Origin: Nemertoderma westbladi
Lineage: Eukaryota > Animalia > Xenacoelomorpha
Assembly: GCA_032718475.1 (NCBI GenBank)
Contig: JAUCBJ010001849.1
Location: 1-64,000 of the forward strand
Direction: 5' to 3'
DNA length: 64,000 nt
The translations under genes were made by a program, and so were the position numbers. Shown here in pieces: positions 36,476 to 48,213 of this stretch (within the stretch, counting starts at the first letter, position 1; every line of letters starts with the position of its first letter). Below the pieces are notes generated by a model. The model was not told the origin of the DNA and searched no databases. It saw only the letters and a list, made by a program, of their open reading frames with translations.

Positions 36476-36961
36476 TGGCAGCTCTGGTCCAACAGTATTA
36501 CTGATTCTGGGGGCAGTGGCAGCCCTGGGCCACGAGGGATATTTTATTTTTTTTTTATTTTTTTTTTTTAATGGCAGCCATGGGCCAATACTATTACTGA
36601 TTCTGGGGGCAGTGGCAGCCCTGGGCCACGAGGAGGTATTTTATTTTTTTTACTATTTGTTTTTTTAATGGCAGCCATGGGCCAACTGTTATCTGATTAT
36701 GGGGTGATGGCAGCCCTGGGCCACGTGGGGGGTATTTTTTTTTATTAATTTATTTTTATTTTTTTTTTATTATATTTTTTTTTTATTTTTTTTTTTATTA
36801 ATTTTTTTTATTTTTTTTTTTATTTTTTTTTTTATTTTTTTTTTTTTTATTTTTTTTATTTTTTTTTTATTTTTTTTTATTTATTTTTATTTTATTTTTT
36901 ATTTATTTCTTTTTTAAATATTTTATCAAGAGTTTTATAGTGGCAGCCATGGGCCACCATA
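36476..36961 (-). repeat. Right terminal inverted repeat with 7 motif copies and a longer T-rich tract
   Basis: TGGCAGCC(A/C)TGGGCCA-type copies near 36476, 36517, 36572, 36613, 36669, 36708 and 36941. Confidence 0.92.
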
Positions 36962-37446
36962 CAGCAGTGTCATATATCGCGTATCCCTTGGCTGCTTGGT
37001 TTAATCACTATTCTTTATTCAAGTATAACTGAATCCTGGCCCGGCGCCTTCACCCTCCACTGATAATTTAAAATCGTAACTTATTCAATCTTTGACTAAA
37101 TTATACCAAACTTGGTAAACATGTAATCTTGTCTATCGGCTAAAATAAACACAACTTGCTAAAGTTTCCCCTATAATGTTTTTTCCTATAGAACAGGATG
37201 CAGTTTTATTTTAGTAGTAAACAAGCTGTTATTTGCGTCGATTTTCACCTGGTGAGGGAAGAATATTGATTGCCCCCCCCCCCCCCCCCCTCCCCCTGCA
37301 GTTAAGTAAGTGAAAATATTTCGGCACCATTTAATTTTATTATCACGGTCACACACCAGATACAATGTGATACAAATATTGGAGGGAAATTCAAACTGAC
37401 TGGCCTACATACTTGCTACTTCAGTACTTGTTGCTGTACTACTGTT

Positions 37447-40400
37447 CTAATCCGCCATGGAGGGGAGACCAGCGCCGTCCTCTAGCCCCAGGCCACTGCG
37501 CCACCGCATGCGGGATCCGCGCAGACAGTGGGATGTGCCACGGACGATGGCGAATAATATTCGCGTCCGGACCCATCCCATGACTGTCGCGTAGGGTTTC
37601 CCCCAGGATGCATGGAGTCTGGTGGCTATGACTCTGAGCAGTCTATTGGCCTGCGGTGCCAACACTCCGTCGCACGAAGCCACGAAGGGAGAGAAATCGC
37701 CGCGACGAGCTGCTACAGCAGCCGCGTATAGCCGCTTCTTCTCGTCCTCCGCCGCCTCGAGAACGGTCATAGGAGCGCGGTTAACGTACGACTCGGCGTC
37801 AAGGTTGGTTGACCTGATATCGATCAACGCCTGAGTCTGCACGTTAAACGCGCCCCTAATCCCTACATCGCACCGCAGCCCTGTCCCGTCACCTTCCTCC
37901 AACTGCTCCCTTACTACTGGCTCCAGCATTACATTGCGCGGCCCAAACGCCAACGCCGCGAGGTCGCCCACAGTATCTCTCAGCTCATTGTGGCGCTGGA
38001 TGACGAGGCCGCCCTTCTTACAGTTCAACCCATGGTTCAGGTCGAAGGCAGCCCCGCATCCGTCGCACCGGCTGTGTACTCCAAGGAGGGGACTTCCGTA
38101 TCGCACGGCGATCGCGTCACGAAACTCACGTGGGGATAGATCGTACTGGAGGTCCGCCCGGGGAATCGACGAGATCCAGCTACCGGTTTTGTACTCCGCC
38201 GCTCGGCGGATAGTGCGGCAGCGGCGTTCGGTCATCGCCCCCAGTGCCTCCTCGAACTCTGAGATCTCGGTCAGTTTCCGGTCGTCTCGGTCGACCTTCC
38301 TCGCCTTCGCCAAGCAGTCCCGGTGGGCTGGGAGGTCGAATTCCTCGGTGCCGGCCATCGCGCCGCTCAGGAACCGGGTCCCGTGCAAGGATACGAGGTA
38401 CGACGGTTTTGCCTCGGCTACCGGGTTTCGCAGTCCTAGACCTCCTCGTTGTGGGGACAAACTAAACAGTTTTCGTTCTGCCGGAGTTATGGTTCCTCCG
38501 ATCACTGCAGGAAGGAATCTTTGGGCGATGGCTGTCTCTAGAACGGCGTACTCCTCTTCGCAGTCGACGGTAACCCTCTGGAGATACGCCCACTCACGCT
38601 GCAACGAGCAGACCATGGCGGAGAAGGCCGCCTGTGGTTGGGATTCAGCCATCGTCGCCAGTGCGTCCGTCGCCTCTACCCACGCAGCCACCTTCGCCCG
38701 CACATACTGGCGTCGTTCTCCCGAACTCCCGAGAAACCCCCCGAGAAACCGGTGTCCCGTTACAATCTTTATCTGGTGGCCACTGAAGACTCTGCGAGCC
38801 TCGTCCTCGTACTCGGGGTCGACTACGAGGTAGCATTTGGACGTCTCGGGGAAGTAACCAAAAGCTGGGCCGAGTTTGAGCAGCTCCTCAAACCACCGCA
38901 GTAAGTCTGGGAGTTCACCCGCCCCGCCAGAATCGTCGGCGTACCAACTCTCCCGGACTGTAGGGGACCGTAAACTCCGGATCAACGGGAGGGCTCCGAT
39001 GGCGTACAGCAGCATTGCAAGGGGGTCGCCCTGGGTAACGCCCTCCGCGCTGAATATAATTGCGTCAGTCCCCTTCATGACAAGGATACTGTGGCCCCGA
39101 TAACTGTTAAACAGGAATGTAGAGCATCGTGGCCACAGGCAGCGCGCGTTCCACAACGCAGCTACCCGGTTGAGCGAGTTGAACGCGTTGGCCGCGTCCA
39201 CCAGTAGCACCCCCCAACCCGAGTCACTGTTATCCTCGAACAGCGATGACATCGAGTGTATCGCAGCCTCGACTCCTGCGGAGGTCCCCGCCGACAGCTG
39301 TTCGGCGCCACACGTGATGGTGACGTCATCCCCTGTGATCGCGGCCATTGCGCGGGCCATTATACGCCGGAGACACTCCCCGATTCCGATGGGCCGCACA
39401 CCCGGACACTTATCCAGCGCGATCAGTCGGCCAGACATAAGTGCCCGGACAGACTCCCACGGTACAACTACATTCGCTAGAGTCCGGGTGATTGCAGCAA
39501 CTGTGTCTCGGAGGCGCTCACTATGGGCGCCATAGCGGAGCAGATAATCCCGCCAGCGTGTGGAGTCGCAACCCGCGGGACCGCCGCCACCGTGCAGGCG
39601 CCGGGCCACCTCCTCGATGTGCGCCGCCGTCACGTCGACGTCGACCTTGAGAGGCGGCTCGCCGCACTGTATTAATGATTCTCTATTGGGAGGCGCTGCA
39701 GCCGGGTGTTTATTCCGAAGAACATCGAGTACTTTGACTCTTTGCTGACCAACTTCGATATCGGACTCTGGGTCCAACACGCCTCCGGACTCCCGACCGG
39801 TCACCCAGCGGACTGCGTTTCTTACCTTCCCCTCCAACATTAGTCTCGTAAACACACGGACTGTGTGTTCTTTATCCGAATTGGGAGGTTGGGTTCCTGC
39901 ACGCCTTCCTGTAGTGCGCCCAGGGGAGCCTCGCTCAGCCTCTTGTAAGAGGGCTTCGATCTCGCCGGAGCGCCACAACGCCACCCTGCGGCTGATTAGG
40001 CGGCGGATATCGGCCGCCTTAACGATCTTTGGATCTCGATGTGTGATCAACGCGTCGACCAGCATTAAACGTTCGGAACGAGCTGATGATTCACCACGAC
40101 CAAGTCCGGCTACTAAAGCCTTAGCCTCGTTGTCGAGCAAGGATACCACGTCCCTACCAACAGAGCCACCCGGGAGTCTGTAGCGAGAGCCCTGGAGCTG
40201 GGTGACTCTACGCCACTGGTGTAATATAAGGTCCGGTGGGTCTCCCTTCTCCCGCAGCGGTGCGCCAAAGGCTCTCTCCATTAGACCGTCGGTGTCCACG
40301 CTGTGTAGCGGACCTGATGGGTGGCCCGCTTGCCAGTACTCGTCAAGAATGTCGCTAACATTGGCCCTATTTCTGTTTGGCAGAAGCGTTGAACCAACAC

Positions 40401-43400
40401 CTGACACTTTTGGGCGACTTTGTGTTGTTTTTGGCCTAGTGGGTTGCACCCCAGACGCGGTGGCGATGATGGGTGGCGTCCCAGAGACGGTGGCGCTGAT
40501 TGGTGGCGTCCCGGAGACGGTGACAATGATGGGTGGCGTCCCAGAGACGGTGGCGCTGATGGGTGGCGTCACAGAGACGGTGGCGCTGATGTGTGGCGAC
40601 CCCAAGACGGTGGCGGCGGTGGGTGGCGCCCCCAGGACGGTGGCGGTGGTGTGTGGCGTCACAGAGACGGTGGCGCTGGTGGGTGGCGGCCCCAAGACGG
40701 TGGTGATGGTGGGTGGCGTCACGGAGACGGCGGCGCTGGTGGGTGGCGTCCCGGAGACGGTGGCAACGGTGGGTGGCGTCCCGGAGACGGTGGCGATGGT
40801 GGGTGGCGTCCCGGAGATGTAACATCCCTGTAACTGATTTAGAATATCCCTGTCTGATGGCTCTACTGTCTCGCCAGATGATTGGCTTCCCAAATGGGTT
40901 GGGGGACCAGTTGTCATTCCAGGAGGGTGATCTGACCCTGGGCAACGTTGGGAGACTGGTCCGTGAATGCGTAGAGTACCATTTGCTTTGATGGCCACTA
41001 ACCGCGCGCACGATGGACAATGGGTACTGAGGGCGCTGGTGCGTCCCGTTGGACCGACACCGATACTGGTGGGAGCTGACAAACCGATGTCCAGACCAGA
41101 AGTGGCGGAACAACCGACACCCAGAGGGTTGGGGATGGAATGATCGACACCCAGGCTGGTAGAGGCGGAATGACTGACACCCGCACTGGTAGGAAGGGAG
41201 TGACCAACACCCAGACTGTGAGGGGCTGACTGACCGACACCTGGACTGGTTGGGGCGGAATGACCGACACCTGGACTGATATGGACGGAAAGACCGACAC
41301 CTGGACTGGTAGGGACGGAATGACCGACGTCCGGACTGGTAGAGGCAGAAAGACCGACAACCGGACTGATAGGGATGACTGGGACCGACTGAGCGAGACC
41401 TGGACTGGTATGGACGGCATAACCGACACCCGGACTGGTAGGGACGGAATAACCAACACCCGGACTGGTAGGGGCAGAAAGACCGACAACCGGACTGATA
41501 GGGACGACTGGGACCGACTGACCGACACCTGGACTGGTAGGGACGGAATAACCGACACCCGGACTGGTAGGGGCAGACTGACCGACATACTGACTTATAC
41601 CCGGACTGGTTGGGACTAAGTAACCGACACCCGGACTGGTAGGGGCAGAAAGACCAACAACCTGACTGATAGGGACCGACTGACCGACACCTGGGCTGGT
41701 TGGGACGGAATAACCGACACCCGGACTGGTAGGGGCAGAATAACCGACACCCGGACTGGTTTGGGCAGAATGACCGACACCCGGACTGGTAGGGACGGGA
41801 TAATCGACACCCGGACTGGTTGGGACAGAATAACCGACACCCAGACTGGTAGGGACAGGATAATCGACACCTGGACTGGTTGGGTCAGAATGACCGACAC
41901 CCAGACTGGTAGGGACGGGATAATCGACACCCGGACTGGTAGCGACAGGATAATCAACACCCGGACTGGTCGGGACAGAATGACCGACACCCGGACTGAT
42001 AGGGACCGACTGACCAACACCTGGACTGGTTGGGACGGAATAACCGACACCCGGACTGGTAGGGGCAGAATGACCGACACCTGTACTGGTAGGGGCAGAA
42101 TGACCGACACCCGGACTGGTAGGGGCAGAATGACCGACAACCGGACTGATAGGGACGACTGGGACCGACTGACCGACACCTGGACTGGTAGGGACGGAAT
42201 AACTGACACCCGGACTGGTAGGGGCAGACTGACCGACATACTGACTTATACCCGGACTGGTTGGGACTGAGTAACCGACACCCGGACTGGTAGGGGCAGA
42301 AAGACCAACAACCTGACTGATAGGGACCGACTGACCGACACCTGGGCTGGTTGGGACGGAATAACCGACACCCGGACTGGTAGGGGCAGAATAACCGACA
42401 CCCGGACTGGTTTGGGCAGAATGACCGACACCCGGACTGGTAGGGACGGGATAATCGACACCCGGACTGGTTGGGACAGAATAACCGACACCCAGACTGG
42501 TAGCGACAGGATAATCGACTCCCGGACTGGTCAGGACGGAATGACCGACACCCGGACTGGTAGGGGCAGAAAGACCAACAACCTGACTGATAGGGACCGA
42601 CTGACCGACACCTGGACTGGTTGGAACGGAATAACCGACACCCGGACTGGTAGGGGCAGAATGACCGACACCTGTACTGGTAGGGGCAGAATGACCGACA
42701 CCCGGACTGGTAGGGGCAGAATGACCGACACCCGGACTGGCAGGGGCAGAATGACCGACACCCGGACTGGTAGGGGCAGAATGACCAACTCCTGGACTGG
42801 TAGGGGCAGAATGACCGACACCCGGACTGGTAGGGGCAGAATGACCGACACCCGGTCTGGTAGGGGCAGGATAATCGACACCTGGACTGGTTGGGTCAGA
42901 ATGACCGACACCCAGACTGGTAGGGGCGGGATAATCAACATCCGTACTGGTTGGGACGGAATAACCGACACCTGGAACTGGGGAACCCGACTGGTAAGAC
43001 ACCGACACGGGGGGACCCGATGAGGGGGCCGGGGATCCAGCGCCCATTTGCGGGGTTAATGTGCAGTCCGGATCGAATTCTCCTGGGGTTAGAGTCTGGT
43101 CCATCAGGTCGTCGAGCTCCTCCAGGGTTGAGTTTATAACTTCCTGGGTTACAAAGCCGTTATGCGAAAGGCACGCTGTGGCTTGACGCGGTTTCCATCT
43201 GGGCGAGTTGGATACCAGATAGTCGAGAACCCCGTGGCCCGCGGAACCGCTGTACCTCGGGGGCATCGCGAGACTATCTGGATCGGGTGAGCTCGGCCCG
43301 TTCGCGCACGAGTTCTGCTCCAGAGGTTTGCAGGAGGAACAGGGAACTCCCGCACAAGCACACTTGCACCCTCGGCAAGAGCCGCTGCGACACTTGCAGC

Positions 43401-43419
43401 AGCGCTGGGATGGCGCCAT
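37447..43419 (-). mobile_element. CRE-clade-like non-LTR retrotransposon with an intact single ORF (1990 aa): Cys-rich N-terminus, repeat linker, Zn finger, RT, CCHC knuckle, RLE
   Basis: GVRPIGIGE, LLVDAANAFNSLNR, GVTQGDPL, WYADD, CDGC..H..C, RHNELRD, RCDVGIRG...IDIR, E..KKRLY. No stops. Confidence 0.92.
40455..42980 (-). repeat. In-frame minisatellite expansions within the retrotransposon ORF (30-bp units: PTSPGVGHSA-type and TVSGTPPTxA-type)
   Basis: Direct reading, including a larger internal duplication of about 630 bp. Confidence 0.9.
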
Positions 43420-43498
43420 GTAGGGGAATCCGCTCGAAAATCCGGCGATAGATCGTTCACGTTGCGATGTAGCAGCCTATCAGTATGTTGCACCGTGG

Positions 43499-43518
43499 TG
43501 ACGTCAGCCGTGACGTCA
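43499..43518. promoter_or_regulatory. Two tandem perfect TGACGTCA (CREB/ATF-type) palindromes upstream of the retrotransposon ATG
   Basis: TGACGTCA at 43499-43506 and 43511-43518. Function is inferred. Confidence 0.4.
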
Positions 43519-43870
43519 ACAGTCAGTACTGTTAGGTTTTGTCATAATGTCATAATTTAGATACAATTCATTATAAACATAACAAAATTAATTATAATAA
43601 TTCTAAAAATATAAGGTAGATCTTCCTAAAGTTAGCTCTTTAGTCTTTAGCAATCTTATACATTGACAAGGCTTATAAAATAATTGATGTTGAATAATTT
43701 ATTATTAAGATTAAAATATATTATTAGGAATTCGAAGAAAGCAAATTGTATTGAGTTAGTATTGGCAAGTTAATCTCACAAACCAGTCTAGTCTAACTTT
43801 AGAGTAGCCTTGTTCGCATTGTTCCAGGTTTAGGCCTATAGATTCCACCGTCTTCGTTCCAGGTTTAATT

Positions 43871-44327
43871 CTGTAATAGACTCCGTTATCCGTCTCGATC
43901 GCTTCGCTATGCACCATCTTACTGGGTTTAATAAACTCCATCGCCTTCCTGTCGTTCTCTGTTTTGTAGATTACTTCGCCATCGTCTGATCGCTTTGGTT
44001 GCGTGTTTAATACTGTAATAGACTCCGTTATCCGTCTCGATCGCTTCGCTATGCACCATCTTACTGGGTTTAATAAACTCCATCGCCTTCCTGTCGTTCT
44101 CTGTTTTGTAGATTACTTCGCCATCGTCTGATCGCTTTGGTTGCGTGTTTAATACTGTAATAGACTCCGTTATCCGTCTCGATCGCTTCGCTATGCACAT
44201 CTTACTGGGTTTAATGAACTCAGAAATTCCATCCTGCCATCGCCTTCCTGTCGTTCTCTGTTTTGTAGATTACTTCGCCATCATCTGATCGCTTTGGTTG
44301 CGTGTTTAATACTGTAATAGACTCCAC
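43871..44327. repeat. About 142-bp tandem repeat, about 3 copies
   Basis: CTGTAATAGACTCC at 43871, 44013, 44155 and 44312. Confidence 0.9.
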
Positions 44328-45611
44328 CGCCATCGTATCGTTCTGGATACATTGAATAGACTCCATCAGTCCATTGTCCATCGCGATCGTTACGTTTAAT
44401 TGACTCCGTCGCCTCCTCGGATTAGGAATCCGGCCGGGTTTCGTAGATTCCGCCATCGTTCAGCAGTTCAGTGTTTTTAATCAAAGCCAGAATTCCGGCA
44501 CCGGCACCACGATCAACGATTTCGGAAGTAACAGACTCCGTCAACAACACTCGGGGTTTAAAAAATACAACTATCAGGCAACTTGTAACTGGGCGATCAT
44601 CTATCTGATAGTTGAAAAAGACTGTCTGACAGTTGGTATCAGACTATCTGATAGTTAGCGCCCCATGGGTAAATCCTTACCCCATGGGCTTTTACCTCTC
44701 TGACTGACAGCGCAACAGCCCCTATAGCGTTTAGGTATGTTAGGTAGGTAGGTTGCCAAAGTATGCAAGTACTGTAGCTGACGGTAACTACCTAGGGTTG
44801 TAGGGCATAGGGGGTATGAGTCTGCGGCAGGCAGGCTGTTAACTGGTTGTGGGGAGCTACCGGTTTCAGGCTAGGGGTTACTTAGGGCTGTGTTACTGTA
44901 TAATTTAGTATCAAGGTGCACGTAGATACAGTATGAATAAAAATGGCTACGTTGGGCTTTGTTGTGGGCAGTCCGAGAATGGGCGTAGTTGGCGGAAAGT
45001 ATTTTTAGGACAAGGTTTGAGTCTCGAGAAAATAAGGAGGAATATTTCAGCAGGTTTGAGAGGGGGGTTTGGGGGGGGGGGGGGTGGTGGGTTTATTTGT
45101 TAGATGTTTTTAGAATGGTAGGTATAAATAATTATTGCAGCAAAAATTAAATTAAAATAGCACCATAAAACTGTGAGGTAATAAAAGTGTGTACCGCATA
45201 TACGTCATATGGACCAAAGTGGTTTGGGGTCTGTGGTAAAAGTATTAAAAAGTACAATAAAACTGTAAATGATTTTGTGAGATAATTAAAGTAGGCCTAT
45301 GTACTGTATGAAAGATGCGCCAAAATGGTTTAGGGTCTCGTGAAACTGTAAATGATTTTGAGAGATAATTAAACTATGTACTATGTATACGGCAGATGCA
45401 CCAAAGTGGTTAGGGGTACGATGATGTAATATTATTGATATTACTCGTAATATTGATATTGAAGAACACCATATTGATATTGAAGAGTGAAAAATTGGAT
45501 TTTGAGCCTAATCAGATGCCATACTAATCAGTACCGGTAAGTAATAATTATCGTAAACGTAAAGATATGATTATGTACGTGATATGATATTAGTTTCTCA
45601 AATATCTATCC

Positions 45612-46110
45612 ATCCATTGACGTCCAAATATATCCAATTTCTCAATCCATACTAATCAGCATGTAACAATGCACCATATACTGCAATAATGTCAATGTCC
45701 AACCAAACCCAAACAATGCGTTAGTGTTGGAGGACCAGCCTCTGAGAGTTGTTAGGCCTAACGGCACCTCGCTCGGTCGCATTAGTTTTTTTAGCGCGCT
45801 AGTTCCAGCTGCCAGATTCGGTTAGTGGATGATATAGAATCAGCACATCAGTGCAACTCAGGCGTGCATTTTACAGATGTTGGTCTAATATACAGTATAT
45901 GGTCTTCTGGTCTTGTACCGCGAAACCGTGTACTATTTACAGATGTCAGGATGTAGGCTTAATTTGGGGTCTTGTACCGTAACCGTGTACAGTACTTGTG
46001 GGCCTATACAGCTACTGTTATTTTGCCTAATACAGGTCCCAGAGGTAAAATCCTTACCCCAGGCAGCCAGCGGCTGTTACCTCTGACTGACAGCGCAACA
46101 GCCCTCTCTC
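45612..46110 (+). repeat. Uninterrupted copy of the dispersed repeat, upstream of ENOPH1
   Basis: Collinear with the split copy at 14226-18110. The end motif CTCTGACTGACAGCGCAACAGCCC also occurs at about 44698 and 18078. Confidence 0.85.
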
Positions 46111-46448
46111 TCTCTCTCTACTTACAGACTTAGGGGGTTCTGCCTTGAAGGTGACGAGTACATTTTTCTGTAGGCTAAATAAATACAGAAATAGGCCACC
46201 CCTGACCTTGAAATTATAAATTAAGCTTTCTGGAGAAACCCGTGAGGTGCACAGCAGGGCACAGCACACATAATCCGGTCAAAATGTCCTTTCCTTGAGG
46301 CCTACCAAACCTACTACTAAATACTGACCTACTGACAGTGGACAGTAGACCTTGTAGAAACTTAGATTCATTATTTCACTAGCACTATTTTACTTAGGCC
46401 TAGCATATTGCTGCAACTTCGCGTGTGCTGCTGCTGTTATAGTTTACA

Positions 46449-47213
46449 ATGCAACGCGCGTTATTAGAAGGCATTTCAACGGTTCTCCTTGACATAGAAG
46501 GGACTGTTTGTCCCATCGCCTTCGTTAAAGATACTTTATTTCCCTACGTTACCGCAAATGTAAGACCCTTCCTGGTTGACAACTGGAACTCGAATGAATT
46601 CAAGTCACTTCTCAATGACCTCGTTGACCAATCCAAACGAGATAACGTTGAATTCCCAGAAGAGGTGGACGTTATCCCCAATGATTCAGACAGCGATAAA
46701 GACATTGTAGTAGATGCCTTGGTAAATAACATTTTATGGCAGGTCGCCAAAGATAGAAAGACATCGGCACTTAAAACTCTTCAAGGCCGCATGTGGAAGT
46801 CAGCGTACGTGTCGGGTGACATCAAGGCTCCTGTTTACTTGGACGTTGTAAATGCATTGTACCGATGGAAGGATTCCCACGTTAGCGTTTCTATATACTC
46901 GTCTGGGAGTGTTGAAGCTCAACGTCTATTATTTAGTTACAGCGAATCGGGGGATTTAACACCGTTCCTTTCGGAATACTTTGATACCCGAATCGGGATG
47001 AAACGCGAATCGAATAGCTACTCGGCCATATCGGACTCTATGGTTGTCCAGCCGGCTCGGGTTTTATTTCTAACGGATGTTTATGAGGAAGCGAGAGCGG
47101 CCGAGTCTGCTGGAATGTCGGTGTGTTTGGTTGTAAGACCCGGGAATAACTCGTTACCTAGTGACTCCGAGAACCTTCCAGTCATTAAATCATTCGATGA
47201 ATTATTTGATTAA
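46449..47213 (+). CDS. ENOPH1: Enolase-phosphatase E1 (HAD family), single coding exon
   Basis: LLDIEGT, FVKDTLFPY, DRKTSALKTLQG, IYSSGSVEAQRLLF, YFDT.IG.KRE, LFLTDV, VRPGN. Confidence 0.96.
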   Translation: MQRALLEGISTVLLDIEGTVCPIAFVKDTLFPYVTANVRPFLVDNWNSNEFKSLLNDLVDQSKRDNVEFPEEVDVIPNDSDSDKDIVVDALVNNILWQVAKDRKTSALKTLQGRMWKSAYVSGDIKAPVYLDVVNALYRWKDSHVSVSIYSSGSVEAQRLLFSYSESGDLTPFLSEYFDTRIGMKRESNSYSAISDSMVVQPARVLFLTDVYEEARAAESAGMSVCLVVRPGNNSLPSDSENLPVIKSFDELFD

Positions 47214-48213
47214 TACAGATTATTGAATCTACCCACAACGCTACTGTCTTTGTGATATTCGGTTTGTTTAGCAACTTCTGATTTTGCAACAGCAAATATC
47301 AGATGATAATTTTGGTTATTAATAATTATTAATAACTGACATTTACTTAGACTCGCACCAAAATTAACTGAAACTAAACAATAAAAGTTGTAAACCTTCC
47401 AGATTCCAGTAGCGGTAACTATGGTGACTATGGTTAGAAATAATTCAATTGTGTTTGAAGTTTGTTGTTTTGGTTTTTCCGTTACTATTTATATATTCAA
47501 GGTGATTGGTGCTATTAGTTGGTACTTAGTATTATGTACTGGTAACTCTATTAAAGGAAGTTCAGTTTCGCGTTCCTTTGTGAAGATTAGCTGTATAAAT
47601 AATAGAGACAATAAATACATTTACATTGATAATTCATTCCAAAATATTAACATTTACTTAACCGCCGTTAAGTAATGTTAACAGCGAGTCTGTTCGGTAT
47701 CACATTGGGACTTTAGTTGACAGCTGTACATTTATTTGCGAAGTAAAGTAGACTTTACAGGTTTATACGAGTAACTTTACAATGAAACTGAACCTGATCC
47801 TTGGAATTTCTCTTCGGTTGTCTCCAAAACCTGTTTGTTTATTAATAAACCTTTAAATAACATCTACAACAGCTGTAAGTACCGGTAAAGCGAGATATAA
47901 CTGCTAAATGTGTAGATGAATTCTTTTAATATTACTTCTAAACTTTTATACTGGTTTGATACAAAAAATTAGAGAATTTTAGAAATTCCACTAAAAATAT
48001 TAAACACGTGCGGTTTTCAAGGGATTCGTTTCGTAATGTTAACATTTTGTAATGAATAAACCTTTACATTATGTAGTTGCAATAAGTACTTTACAGCTTT
48101 CTGATCCTCATTTATTTATTTTCTCAACAATTCGGTTCAGCACACAAGAAATATTTATTTAACGTTTTTTGACAGCAACTAATATTATTTACAAATATAA
48201 AACAGAACCAACG

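Larger units (their letters stand above)
32469..36961. mobile_element. IS3EU-like DNA transposon (4493 bp) encoding a DDE transposase and an alpha-kinase
   Basis: Ends TATGGTGGCCCATGGCTGCCACTATAAAACTCTTGATAAAATATTT and its reverse complement. 6-bp TSD CAGCAG (32463-32468, 36962-36967). TIRs of about 420-490 bp enclose two convergent intact ORFs. Confidence 0.9.

Noticed and set aside
37622-43139. Many antisense and alternate-frame ORFs over the retrotransposon
   Set aside because: Shadows of a GC-rich, repetitive coding strand.
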